Shown one piece after another: positions 14,581-27,900 of a stretch of 64,000 nucleotides of DNA (the stretch's first letter is position 1; the number at the start of each line of letters is the position of its first letter). The notes under the pieces were generated by a model. That model did no database searches, was not told the DNA's origin, and saw only the letters and a program-made list of their open reading frames with translations. Position numbers and translations under genes: made by a program. The DNA comes from Chiloscyllium plagiosum (lineage: Eukaryota): positions 14,425,221 to 14,489,220 of the forward strand of contig NC_057750.1 in NCBI RefSeq assembly GCF_004010195.1. Reading direction: 5' to 3'.

Positions 14581-14751
14581 TCTGGAGGATCTGACCAGGA
14601 AAGAACAAAAAAGCAGAAAAGAGGGGATCGTTACTCCGTTCAGACATCACTGATTGTAGCAACCCTTAAAAAAATGCTTCCTATTGGCTTGAACATGTGT
14701 TCACCTGCTGACCAAGAGTTGATTAACATAGCCAAAACAAGATATGCCCTG
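14581..14751 (+). CDS. RYR1: RyR1 coding exon (equiv. exon 71), [57 protein letters not shown]
   Basis: aacttcag| ... |gtaagt, 171 nt. Confidence 0.97.
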
Positions 14752-15500
14752 GTAAGTGCTAAACTCTTAGTATATCTTTATATCTATGGAATGCTTGATA
14801 ATAATATTTCCATGTGCTTTTGTTAAGAAAGGAGTCATGAAATAGTTGGTGATATGGCAGAACCTACGTGTTGCTGTGAAAAGAATCGGCCTTCTGAAGC
14901 TTATCGGCATCCTTTTTTTTGATGCAGTGTAAATTGTTGCCCCCTCTGAAATGTGGTATTCTTGCACCTGTTCTGATGAGTGCAAGACAAAATGATCTAA
15001 CAGTGTGTCATTTGCTTTCAGCGAAGTAATAATGGCCTGACTGTATAGTGAATCAATTCAACATCAGTAAACTACTAGATTAACAGTAAAATACAAGACA
15101 CCAGATGTTAATGCAATACTCTAAGATGGGCACGCAGAAAACCGGAATTCTCGCTTTTAGTCATTGTGCCTTAAACAAACAAATATATGTATTGAAACAG
15201 ATATAATTAAAGATGAGCTCTTAAGAAGTATTAGAAAAGTTTAAATTAAAACATTGTGGACAGAGTTATAAGTTTTTTTTGTCTTTCTACTGATCGCTAT
15301 TTATAGCAGATCATAAATCAATTCCCTATATATGTCAATCTTTTTCCTAAACAAGAGGATTCTTAAGATGACGAGATAAAAATATTGAAGTATTTAAAAT
15401 ATCAAACTGTTTATATGGATGTTAGGGGGAAAGAAATGGATCAGGCTCTGTTATGATACCTTCTGCAGTTGACTTACCACCATCCTTACCACCACTTAAC

Positions 15501-16477
15501 ACCAGTGGTGTTCCACAGGGCTCTGTCCTTGGGCTTCTACTGTTTGTAATTTTTATTAATGACTTGAATGAGGGGATTGAAGGATGGGTCAGCAAGTTTG
15601 CAGACAAAGGTTGGAGGTGTCGTTGACAGTATAGAGGGCTGTTGTAGGCTGCAGCGGGACATTGACAAGATGCAGAGATGGGCTGAGAGGTGGCAGATGG
15701 AGTTCAACCTGGATAAATGCAAGCTGATGCATTTTGGAAGGTCAAATTTGAAAGCTGAGTACAGGATTAAAGATAGGATTCTTGGCAGTGTGGAGGTTCA
15801 GAGGGATCTTGGTGTGCAGGTACATAGATCCCTTAAAATGGCCACCCAAGTGGACAGGGTTGTTAAGAAAGCATATTGTGTTTTGGCTTTCATTAACAGG
15901 GGGTTTGAGTTTGAGAGTCATGAGATCTTGTTGCAGCTCTATAAAACTTTGGGTAGACCACACTTGGAATACTGTGTCCCGTTCTGGTCGCCCTATTATA
16001 GGAAAGATGTGGATGCTTTGGAGAGGGTTCAGAGGAGGTTTACCAGGATGCTGCCTGGACTGGAGGGCTTATCTTATGAAGAGAGGTTGACTGAGCTCGG
16101 ACTTTTTTCATTGGTGAAAAGGAGGAGGAGTGGGGACCTAATTGAGGTATACAGGATAATGAGAGGCATAGATAGAGTCGATAGCCAGAGACTATTTCCC
16201 AGGGCAGAAATTGCTAACATGAGGGGTCATAGTTTTAAGCTGGTTGGAGGAAAGTATAGAGGGGATGTCAGAGGCGGGTTCTTTACACAGAGAGTTGTGA
16301 GAGCATGGAATGTGTTGCCAGCAGCAGTTGTGGCAGCAAGGTCATTGGGGACATTTAAGAGACTGCTGGACATGCATATGGTCACAGAAATTTGAGGGTG
16401 CATACATGAGGATCAATGGTCGGCACAACATCGCGGGCTGAAGGGCCTGTTCTTTGCTGTACTGTTCTATGTTCTAT
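15501..16477 (+). mobile_element. 5'-truncated CR1-type LINE (reverse transcriptase C-terminal part and 3' UTR)
   Basis: [10 protein letters not shown]...FINDL...SKFA, frameshift, then ORF 15568..16395 with WQMEFN.DKC, RPHLEYC, LERVQRRFTRM, FFTQRVV..WN; tail (tgttcta)n. Confidence 0.93.
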
Positions 16478-17015
16478 CCTGCGAGAATGGTTTCTAGAGG
16501 AAGGTACTAGCATTCATCCCGTGAACAACGTAGTAAGCATCTTCGAAAGAGAGCAGTTTCGTTTTTTCATTGGAGACATTGAAAAGTTTATAGCATCATC
16601 TAACAGATACTGCAGTAATAGTGGTGGCAGTACATCCACAGAAGTATCTTGTCCAACAAATTCATCAATAGCATGCATACTTACGGAGCCGTATTTAAAA
16701 CAGTCAAAGCGATGATACTGCAAAGATGTGACCTCGTCATTGGCCGACGTTCCCTGAGTGTGCAAGATTTGTGATTTTATTTATATGTTATAAAACAAAT
16801 GCTAATGTGCTTAATACATATTGTGTACAACACTGAATTGTAAATTTAAAATGTAGAGAAGAATTGTAGATTTTAAAATCAGGATCAGATGAAAAACTGG
16901 TGAAATACAAGACACATTCAACTTCTTGGAAAGAAGTCAGAAGTTTTCAGGCAAAAGTATTGTTTTTGTGCCTATCACCTACTGATCTATTCTGTCTACT
17001 TTCTTAAAATCCTGA

Positions 17016-17129
<114 letters not shown>

Positions 17130-17264
17130 TAGTTTCAATTTATTTCATAATTTACTGTTTCACAACCTCCAGATAATTATAATAGCTATAATGATTACAT
17201 CATCTCACTGAGAACAGATTTCTTGTAATTGTACTGGGGCCATTCGGATGATCTGCTTCAAATT

Positions 17265-17700
17265 CATAGGAACGTACAGAGAAATATAGGGACAGGGTTA
17301 GGCCATTTGGCAGTTCAGGCCTGCTGCACAATTTGTAAGAATGTTGCTGATCTGGTTGTGGTGTCAACTTGCCTGTCTGATCCCCACAACCCTTAACCCC
17401 TTTGTCTATCAAAAATCCAACCAGTTCAGCCATGGCTAAACTCAACAACCTAGCTACCACCACTTTCCAGGGAACTGAATTCCACCGACTAACAATCTTC
17501 TAATAGAAAAAAGATTCCCTTCATCGCCATCATAAAATGGCTGTCTTATTCTTAATATTTGTCCTTCACATTCCCCCACAAGAAGAGAGATCCTCCTGGG
17601 TCCCACCCAATCAAGTCCCATGAGGATCTTGTTTGTTTCAATAAGATCACCTTCTTGTAAACCCCAAAGCCTATTGGCAGAATCTGTTCAACCTTTCTTT
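17265..17700 (-). mobile_element. Decayed CR1-type LINE 3' end
   Basis: Minus strand shows FLIDKGVKGCGD.TGK-like terminus and tail similar to other CR1 ends. Confidence 0.5.
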
Positions 17701-19134
17701 GCCACCAGATAAAAAGCAGCAAAATTGAGTGGAGAATTGCCTGCTCCAAAAGAACGCATTCATTAATTTATGAGAGAGCACCTAATGATCTCGACCTAAT
17801 AATTGGTCCCATCGTGTTAAAAACTAAAGGGAAAGAATATGAAGCTATTGTTCTGTTCTAAAGTAAAGGAACTTATCTCTCTGTCAAAGCCATTTACAGA
17901 CAAAGATTTTGAAGTTAGACTTTGCAGAATTGGGGGCCAATGAACACGGGATAGGATAGAGAAGCAATAGTACAAAATGGACTGTGGTTGTGAAGATCAA
18001 ATAAGTTGCACTGTAATATCCAGAAGATAGCATGGTAAACTTCGGAATAATTTTAGAGAATTGTAATTCCCTACAGCCAGACCCCCAATCTGACTCCAAT
18101 CCACATACTTAGGATGCAGGATATCAACTAAACAGCTTGCAGAGGGGCAGTTTTCATTTAAATTCTCTAATTAGCCTGTGATCCTCTGAACTGACAGTCA
18201 TTTTCTGATTAATCCTAACCTGCCAGGTCTTGTTCATATGGGAAATGAAGACTACTGGGTTCAGGCGATGTGAAAATCCACTTATAGGCTGGGTCCAATT
18301 TACCCACATCACCTACCTTGCCATTGGCATCACCACAGTTTCCAAGCTCTCTCTTTCCTCACACTCTCCCTCAGCATCGACTCTTCTAATCTCCCCAGTT
18401 AGGTGCGTGCACTGACCCCAAACCTCTTCTCCATCACCAGCGTCCCCCAGCCTCCCACAACTTGCTCCACTATCCTCTCCAGCCTTCAGTGTCCCCCCAG
18501 TTCCCTAAAGAAATCCAAGTTCAAAATCTTGGCAGGCAAATGGCTTTGACAGAGGGAAGTTTGCTCTCTTCACTACATGGTGCTTGGTACCGAAAGCCAA
18601 CCTACCTAACATTAAAGCACAGAGTCAGAAGTGAATCCATTCTTCTTGAGTTTCCTACCCTCAAGACCGTAGGATCCCATTCCTACCCAATGCTGGACTT
18701 TGAGCCTAGAGGTATCAAAGGTGTGAATAAACATTTCAGCTACAGGTGGTGGCTGGTGATATTCTGCAGGTATTCCAGCTGTAGAGCTGGAAATGGGCAG
18801 ATTTGATGTGGCTGCCACTAAGCCCCTATTGACACCTGTGTTAGTCTATAAGGTGGTTCATGTAAAAGTGGATATGGAAAATGCTTGGTTGAGATACTTT
18901 GCCTTACATTCAGTAATACAAAGCAAGCAATCATTTAGGAAATACTGAAATGAGAATTAGATTGTTAATCAAAAACTTATTTTTGGTATTTTGATTATAT
19001 GCTTATCAATATGTTTGCATTAGTTTCACTTATCCACTGTTAACTCTGTTCAGTATTATAACTGTTACTATCATAACAGAGGCATTTTTGAAAGGAATAT
19101 ATAGATTATTATATGGACAAGGAATATTCTTTTA

Positions 19135-19467
19135 CAGAAAAAGAAAAATACATGCATTTATATGGTGCCTTTCAGGACCACCAATGTCCCAAAATGATGT
19201 ACGGCCAATGGAGTATTTAGTATTTGAAGTGCAGTCACCATTGTATTTTAGTTTTTACTCAACAAACTCCTACAAACAGGTATATGATGATGAAGAGTCA
19301 ATCTGTTTCTGTAAGATTGACAGAGGGATAAATAAAGAGTACAGCTCTTGCTGAGTGCTGCCCTGGAATGTCAGTGTGAATTCTGTACTCAAGACCTGTA
19401 ATAAGGATTGAACTTGCAACCTTCCGATTCAGAGATAAGCGTGTTATCAGCTGAACGACAGCTGACA
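19135..19467 (-). mobile_element. Decayed tRNA-headed SINE, possibly Deu-domain type
   Basis: Minus strand begins tgtcagctgtcgttcagctgataacac...ggttgcaagttcaatcc; tail with atgcatgtatttt. Confidence 0.4.
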
Positions 19468-20099
19468 ATGCTGTATTGGATCATGCTTTGCAAGAACGTT
19501 TTGAGCTTCAGTCATTACTATTTGAGTTCCCCAATTTGAAAGCAGAAGGAATCACAAAACCACAAAGTGAATTTTCACCCCATCTCAGGGACCAGGAGCT
19601 GGGAATGTAGGTCAGAAAGCTGCTTCTTGGGAAGGAGTAGGGAAGCTAACTAAAGGCTTTCACATGTATAAGCTGTTAACTGGCATGGAGACAGGTTTTA
19701 TGCATAATTAAGGACAGCAGGCAAGCAGGCTGTCGAAGCTGGATGGCCAATCAGAGACCTTCTAGCTTCAGAGAAGCACCAGGCGAGAGCACATGGTATA
19801 TAACAGAGAGAGTACCTAAACAGAAAGGTGGCTTTTCTAAAGATATTTATTTAAAAGTAATGAAAAAGCAACCCCGCCACCGGTATCAGATAGTTGTGGG
19901 ATGCAGGATCTCCCCAGAGTGGGTTTTAGCTGTATTCCCACCCAGTAAAGTAGAGAGGGCCTTGTTGGCTTGCCAGCAGCCCAGCCACCCCTACTTATCA
20001 TTGTTACTTGCAGTGGACAGTAATCGGACCTCGTACTGGACCAAACTGTAAAATATTGCACCGAGTTAATAACATTCATTTTATGAATGTGTTTTGTAG

Positions 20100-20237
20100 T
20101 GTGAAAATTCTTCAGCTATGCGTTGGCAGATGGCATTGTACAAGGACATGGCTGGCAAGGCTGAAGATAGCAATAACCCTGACAAGATTGTGAAGAGAGT
20201 GCAGGAAGTCTCTGCAGTCCTGTTTCACTTGGAGCAG
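20100..20237 (+). CDS. RYR1: RyR1 coding exon (equiv. exon 73), [46 protein letters not shown]
   Basis: ttttgtag| ... |gtacaa, 138 nt; overlaps ORF 20118..20351. Confidence 0.95.
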
Positions 20238-20482
20238 GTACAAACAACTGTGATTTATATACAAATATGCTTTCTATTGGCAAATAAACACCAGAATATA
20301 TTGCTCATCTTAAGTTACTCATTTCAAGGGCAATTAATGAGGCCATTTTAGAGGGGTGGAGGCAGGTGGAGAGGTGTGGTGTTGTATGTGTTTGCGTCCA
20401 CCTTGTTACTGCCAGCCACAAGCATTTCAGTGAGATTTACACATTGATAAATCAACTTACTTAGCCACGTATTGACACACCT

Positions 20483-20717
20483 CGTAAAATATGTCCTAAA
20501 GCCGGCATCCCATCAGCAACTCACCCTTTATTTAAACATGAATAGTCCTTAACTTTAGTACTACCTCATCCAGAGTCAGCCCTCAGCATGGCAGTATCTC
20601 TGACACTTCACTTATTATCTGCCAGCCAGGGTTCCCTGATTGGGCTGTTAATCCGGTCCAATCAGGGAACCCGTATTCTATGATGTCCAGCTAGCTGACC
20701 TCATTACAGTCACTACA
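20483..20717 (-). mobile_element. Probable solo LTR
   Basis: Minus strand starts TGTAGTG, contains opposed CCAAT boxes, then an AT-rich TATA-like box and AATAAA in LTR order; ~235 bp. Confidence 0.45.
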
Positions 20718-22239
20718 CCTAACTTGGTCACCAAGTCCTGGAGTTTCTATTCCAGGGGGACATTACCACTAAACCACAAGGTTATTTGGGGTATTAATGA
20801 ACCAGATCAGTTTTCACAATAATAAATGACAGTTGATGTGGTTATCATTACTGAAACTGCCTTTATATTCTATATTCATTTGATTGTTAATTGTCATGTG
20901 GGATAGCCTACTATCTTCCCTTAAGGTTTTTTTGAATAACTGCAATTCATTGAAAAAATTAAGTAAAAACAGAAATATCACACCTGGGGTTACATGTAAT
21001 AAAAGAACAGCAAGAATCATAATTTGTGTAATTTTACATGTCTTATTAAGCTCAGCGTATTTCAGCAATCCAAATGTGAGACCTTAAAATGACCAAACAC
21101 AGGTTTGAATTATACTCTACTGAGTTCCCATCCAGGGTCTAGTTGCTTTAGGGAGGAACTAGGGTATCCTCAGTTGAGACCCATAATCTCTGATCTATAC
21201 CATCATCATAACCTCTGACCTTCCCAATGTCCCAGTCCCTCTGCCAGCCTGTTTCCTTTGTGGAATTGAGTAAGTGTCAGGACTTTGTCTCAAAAAAAAC
21301 AAGATGCTGCCCAGAGTGTGAGGTCCACCCAAAGGCAGACTTTCTTCCACTTACAGTCAGGTTTTCTAGCATGATTACATTCTTCCCAGTTCACTACGTA
21401 CGTGTATGCAAATAAAGCATCAAATTTAATGGATGGAAGTTTTGCCCCCACAGGCGCCTTCCAGGGTCCAGCATCCAGTGCCATTTTTAAAAGCACTTCA
21501 CACTCTGCAAGTCAAGAGAATCACTCAACCTTTGCTCATCACCCCTATCTGTCCCAGGGACCACACAAAATGTGGTGCCACACTTCACTGATGCCTCCAT
21601 AGAGAATTTTTGAAGGCTGTCCAGGAGAGAAGGGAAGTTGTCTTCCTAAGGTTTGTCAACAGGAGGCCTCACCAATGGATGAACCCAACCTGGATGGTGC
21701 TGTCTGTGAGGCCAGCACACATGGATGACCCAAAAGGAACTGGCTCCAGTGCTGTAAGAAGATGAATAATCTGCTGCACTCTGCCAGGGTCCACAGCTCT
21801 GCCTTGTTGTATGCTCCTATCAGTGTGAATTGAGTGCCATGTAAGAACAATGTATCACTACATTGCGATACTTGTAAGACAGTGGTACTGCCTCAAACAC
21901 ATCTGCCAGCATTCACACTTCAAACATAAAAGGAGCTACAACTCTTAGAAGTTCATGCATCATCAGCTCACTGACCTTTCTTCAGAACTAGGAGAACATC
22001 CATTAAATGAATGTAGATACCCAATGATGCCTGCAGCATATACTAGCTCCTTTTGCTCTCCTGCCAGTTCAATTGCCTTTTCTTTGAAGGGGGTCAGAAG
22101 CCTTAGATCAGCATTATAACAAGGACAAGAGGTTATTGAAGCTCATGGATCAAATTAACTTACAAATTAATGTCAAAAATGTATCTTAACATTTTAGAGG
22201 TACAAAGCAATTAGCTCATTTCTGATTGTCCACATAGGA

Positions 22240-23800
22240 TCTCAGAATTGTTACAGTGCAGAAGGAGTCTATTTGACCCATTTTGTCTGCACCAGCTCTC
22301 TGAACAAGAATTATGATTCAGTGCCATTGGCCTGCTTTTGCCCCATAACCCTGAATATTATTTCTGTTTAAATGGTCATCTTCTGCCCTCTTCAGTGTCT
22401 GAGTTGAATCTGCCTCCATCACAATTCCAGAAGTGTTTGTCATATCACATTGCTTCTTTTCAAATTACCTTATGTCTGTAGCCTTCTCATTCTAATCCTT
22501 TTACAAGCAGCTTTTCCCCATGTACTCTTGTCATTGAAAATGTCTATCAAATCTCTTCTTCGCCTTCTCCCCTCTGTGGGAAACTTCACCTTCTCTGATC
22601 CTTCCTCATAGCTGATGTTTCTTAGCCCTGAAACCATTCTCATAAATCTTTTTTTTTCTGCAATCTCTGACATGTTCACATTCTTTCCAAAGTATAGCAT
22701 CCAGAATTATGCACAGTACTCCAGCTGAGGTCGAACTAGTATCTTATACAAATTTAACATAACCTCCTTGCCGGAGTATGCTATGTCCTTATTATTAGGT
22801 CTAGGAAACTATGTGCTTTATTAACAGATTGTTCTACCTTCCTGGCACCTATGCACATATGCATTCAGGTCTCTGTGCTCTTACACATCCTTTAGGCTGG
22901 CGCCATTTATTTTATACTGCCTCTCAGAGTTCTTTCTATCAAAAATATCACCACATTTCTGCACATTGAACTTCATTGAACACCTATCTGCCACTCAAAC
23001 TTTGTCAAATTCTTTTAGCAGTTCTACACAGTCCTCCTCTCAGTTTACGTTACTTCCTAATATTGTATCATCTCATGAATATGTATCAGGAAACGTTTCT
23101 ATAATTCATATTGCTACTGCCTCATTTATTTCATGAGCAGTAATTTTTCTCTTAAGTCTGTTGTATGGTATTGTATGAAATACTTTTTCAAAGTCTATGT
23201 ACTCCACCCCAACAGCATCTCCCTCAACAACTTTCTGTTATCTCTTCAAAAGAGTTCCCAAATTAGTTAATGTGATTTTCCCTTAAGAAATGGCATGCTG
23301 GCTAGACCTAATTAACCAGTGTTTTTCCATATGACCCATATTTCTATCCCACCTAATTGCCACAGAAGTTAAACTGTAGTTGCTGGGCTGGGCTTATTCT
23401 TACAGTCTTTTTCAGAAGTCATACTTGCAATTCTGCAGTCCTCTGTCACCGTCCCAGTGAAAATATTGAAGAAACCAGAGCAGTTCTGAGACAAGACAAG
23501 ACAGGCCCAAAAAAGACCTGAGAGTGGCTAGATTTCAGGAGGAATCCAGGAAGCCTCGGGATGATTGAAAGATAATTGCCAGTGTCTTTGCATTTTACAC
23601 TTGCTCCCTTCAAATTCCTTGGATTCATCCCATTCAGTCTCAATGCCTTATGAATTTTAGGTGCCAACTGCTTTTCTCATACCATCACCTTATGAATTTT
23701 AAACCCTTCTGGTGACTGACATTTCTCCTTTGTCACCATGACCTGGGAACCATCTGTCTCGTAGGTAAAGACAGATGCTGAGTATTTATTTAACACCTCA
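22240..23800 (-). mobile_element. Decayed CR1-type LINE fragments
   Basis: ORF 22470..22700 (KRFMRMVSGLRNISYEE...RRDLI) resembles the CR1 ORF2 C-terminus; many disruptions. Confidence 0.7.
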
Positions 23801-24729
23801 GCCACATACAATGCAAAGAAACTCCTCCTCAAATCTGGCCACTGTCAGAATCTTTTAGGCCTTTCTGCCTCATCTCTGTACTGCTCTGACCTGTTCAATT
23901 ACCTCATCATCAGCATTGATTTCCTCAGTGTCCACTGAGCTCCCTTTCTTTCCAGTCAAAGAAAGCATGTGGCTGGTCAGCCTTCTCCTCTTCTAAGTTT
24001 GCCCTCCACCTTTCATTGTGCATGACACTGCACACAGTCCGCACCTTGGCATTTGGGGTCCATGGTGAACTGAACAAACTATTGCTTTATTGTAAAGACC
24101 ATCAGTCAATCCCAAATGCATTTGGGGCTCCTAATTGGGTGATGCCACACAGGTCCCTAGTTGAGATTTGAAAGAGGGGGGGGTTCAATGCTGCTGTGAC
24201 CTTTAGCACCACAGACAGAGCACTGCCCCCCCCCCCCGCAATTAAACAGTTGTGGATCTGACTGCAAGAGGTGGCAGATATAGATATAGGTAATAGCTTC
24301 CTGACTCACATGAGGGGTCTCATTAACTTGATTGAGGTTTTGAAGAAATAACAAAGGGAATTGATGAGGGTAGAGCAGTGGACGTGGTCTATATGGACTT
24401 CAGAAATGCATTTCACAAGGTTCCGCATGGATTAGCAAGGTTAGATCACATGGAATACAGGGAAAACTAGTAATTTGGAATTAGAACTGGCTCGAAGGTA
24501 GAAGACAGACAGTGGTGCTGGAGGATTGCGTTTTAGACTGGAGGCCTGTGACCAGTGGTGTGCCACAAGGATTGGTGCTGGGTCCACTGTTTTTCATCAT
24601 TTATATAAATGATTTGGATGTGAACTTAAGAGATGTGGTTCATAAGTTTGCAGATGATAGCAAGATTTGGAAGTATATTGGTCGGCAAAGAAGGTTATCA
24701 CAGAGTACAACAGGACCTTGATCAGATGG

Positions 24730-25556
24730 TAAAAACAAGGACTGCAGATGCTGGAAACCAGATTCTGGATTAGAGTGGTGCTGGAAAAGCACAGCAGTTC
24801 AGGCAGCATCCGAGGAGCAGGAAAATCGACGTTTCGGGCAAAAGCCCTTCATCAGGAATAGAGGCAGAGTGCCGGCAGAGTGGAGAGATAAATGAGGGGA
24901 AGGTGGGGAGAAAGTAGCATAGAGTGCAGTAGGTGAATGGGGGTGGGGATGGAGGTGATAGGTCAGGGAGGAGGGTGGGGGAAGGTAGCAAAGAGTACAT
25001 TGGGTNNNNNNNNNNNNNNNNGGTGGAGTGGGAGGGGGAGTTGAAATGTTGGGCCACGGGGCGGTTTGGTTGATTGGTGCGGGTGTCTCGGAGATGTTCC
25101 CTAAAGCGCTCTGCTAGGAGGCGCCCAGTCTCCCCAATGTAGAGGAGACCGCATCGGGAGCAATGGATACAATAAATGATATTGGTGGATGTGCAGGTAA
25201 AACTTTGATGGATGTGGAAGGCTCCTTTGGGGCCTTGGATGGAGGTGAGGGAGGAGGTGTGAGTGCAGGTTTTGCAATTCCTGCGGTGGCAGGGGAAGGT
25301 GCCAGGACGGGAGGGTGGGTTGTTGGGGGGCGTGGACCTGACCAGATAGACACGGAGGGAATGGTCTTTGCAGAAGGCGGAAAGGGGTGGGGAGGGAAAT
25401 ATATCTTTCTCCCCACCCCCACCCTTCTCTCATTTATCTCTCCACCCTGCAGGCACTCTGCCTCTATTCCTGATGAAGGGCTTTTGCCCGAAACGTCGAT
25501 TTTCCTGCTCCTCAGATGCTGCCTGAACTGCTGTGCTTTTCCAGCACCACTCTAAT
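24730..25556 (-). mobile_element. Penelope-like retroelement 3' fragment: GIY-YIG endonuclease segment between inverted terminal repeats
   Basis: Minus strand ~25400-25022 translates PGTFPCHRRNCKTC...FTCTSTNIIYCIHCSRCGLLYIGETGRLLAERFREH...VAQHFNSPSH; flanks cttg(a/g)tcagatgg at 24717-24729 and 25557-25569. Confidence 0.88.
25006..25021. other. Assembly gap (16 N)
   Basis: Run of n inside the Penelope-like element. Confidence 0.99.
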
Positions 25557-27079
25557 CTTGGTCAGATGGGTGATTTTGGAAAGGCAAATTAGGGCAGAAC
25601 TTAACTACTTAATGGTAAAGTCCTGGGGAATGTTGCTGAACAAAGAGACCTTGGGTTGCAGATTCATAGTTCCTTGAATATAAGAGTTGGGAGGTCATGT
25701 TGTGGCTGTACAGGACATTGATTAGGCCATATTTGGAATACTGCATGCAGTAGTAAGTAATGTGGGAATTTTGTATGAGAAGTCGAGTGAGGTCTTTCTC
25801 AATGTCATAAGCAATGAATTATATTTTCCAATAGAGTTTCCAGGGTAAGATTATCACCAGTGAGTGATGAGAGGTGTATTAATGGGGATTGTTGCTCATT
25901 ATCACCCTCACTAGTAACTAGTCTCATCATACACTGGATAGAAACTAGATGCTGAGAATTACCAGCATAAAGATTAGAGTTTTATGTAAGACTGCACTTG
26001 GAGCACTCTGTATGGTGTTCCAGCTCATTGCTTGTTCCATCTTGAACACCCAGCAACAGTGTCTCAAAGAGCAGTCCAGGTCAATGGCAGCTCACACCTC
26101 ACATCCATGGATAGTAGCATCTGGTGTGCAAGCCTCACTGTACCATCGTCAGTGCCATCATAGCACAGCTCAAGTCTACTTACGGTACACCTCTGCACTA
26201 CCACAGAAACCCTCAACGTTTTAGAAGTATTTAAGAGTGCAACTATGATGCCTGGGGCATATGAGGCTGAGGACCAAGTGCTGGAAAGTGGGGTTAGGAT
26301 AGTTAAGTGCTTGTTTTGTTTGATGCAAAACCATTGGACTGAAGGGCCTTTTCCTGTACAGTTGAACTCTGACTCTGTCACATCTCATTCTTTATGACTC
26401 CAGAGAGCACAGACCCAGTTTACACAGCTTGTCGTCAAAGGACAACCCTTGCATCCCAGGAGCCATCTAGTGAACCTTCACTGCACTGTTTTCTTAAATA
26501 TGGTGATCAGAACCATACAGAGTGTTCCAAGTGCGGTCTTACATAAAACCCTTTAAAACTGAAGGACAATATTCTTAATTCTCTTTTTAGTTTTGGTGGT
26601 CAAGTGGTACAACTTGTCTAACATACTTAGATTTTGTGAAGGGAGTGGCTAATTCATGAAGGTAGAAGTAAGGGTTTGTTGAACTGAATTGACTAAAAAT
26701 TTAGCTTGTTGTATTTTTTCATATAATATAAATTACCTTCTCCCATTCCAGTATGTTACAGCGTTGCATTTACCTTCCAGTAATGAAAGTGATATCACCA
26801 CCAAGTCTTTTCTTAGTCCAAGAGCTCCTTCAGCAAATCAATCTCTCTCGAATCCTGTCCATAAAAGTAAGAATATTAAGACAGAACTTCAATATCATAT
26901 TGCCATCTAATTAAATGAAATATTATGTATGGGTTTCAAATGTAGCCCATTAAGTCACGCTAGTTCTACATCTAATATAGTAGAAACTGCATTAAAAGGC
27001 GACCACATTCAGCAAGCACATATGTATTTTACATAATCTGTCATTTGACTAAATATTGGAATTTTTTTATGTTGTTTAG

Positions 27080-27193
<114 letters not shown>

Positions 27194-27744
27194 TAAGCTG
27201 TCATACAAGGCAGTACAGAATCAGAAAGAAATAGTGCTTTCCCCTCCAGAAATCATGCCACACTGTTTTAAATTGATGGTATTAGACTTTCTTTTACTCA
27301 TTGGCAACGTAGGTGTGCTAAATCTAGCCAAATATTTTGTGAGTTTTTTTCCATCTTCCAAGCAGGTGATGTATAATGTGTTCCTAGTACAATGTCTTCC
27401 TAGTAACAGCAAATTCAGTTATGGGAGCTGATAAATATTAATAATCTATTTGGTGTTGGCACACTTGCAATATAACTGAGTTGGGCAGAAACTGATACCA
27501 AAATATAACAGATTTGTAAATTTATAATGCTCTCCTCCCTATGATTTAACCTTACATATTTTTCCAAAATTCGTTTTAGCAGTTGAATAAACCTTGATAA
27601 GCTAACGTTTCTTTTAACAATTTTTAATTTGAGTGAACATTGCATTTCTAAGTAAAACTTGTATTGTGAATAGCTTTTTATCAATATTATGTGAGATGAG
27701 TGCCTTTTACTGAATTATAATTGTTCATTTAAAAAAAGCCAAAG

Positions 27745-27900
27745 AATTGTGGATGTCAGAAATTAGAGACAAAAACAGAAATTTCTGGAAAAGCTCAGTT
27801 CTAAAGAAGGGTCACTGGAGCCGAAATGATAATTCTACTTTCTCTCCATTGATGTGGCAAGATCTGCTGAGCTTTTCCAGAAATTTTGGTTCTTGTTTAT
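27745..27900. mobile_element. Decayed fold-back Penelope-like terminal-repeat insertion
   Basis: aatttctggaaaagctcag ... ctgagcttttccagaaatt inverted arms around a decayed core. Confidence 0.55.

Larger units (their letters stand above)
24300..25750 (+). mobile_element. CR1-type LINE RT fragment interrupted by a Penelope-like insertion
   Basis: [45 protein letters not shown]; resumes after 25557. Confidence 0.85.

Noticed and set aside
15568..16395. Longest ORF (275 aa) as a host gene
   Set aside because: It is the CR1 ORF2 C-terminus, 5'-truncated and frameshifted at the catalytic FADD motif.
25101..25555. Pro-, His- or Gly-rich ORFs
   Set aside because: Alternative frames over the Penelope GIY-YIG fragment.
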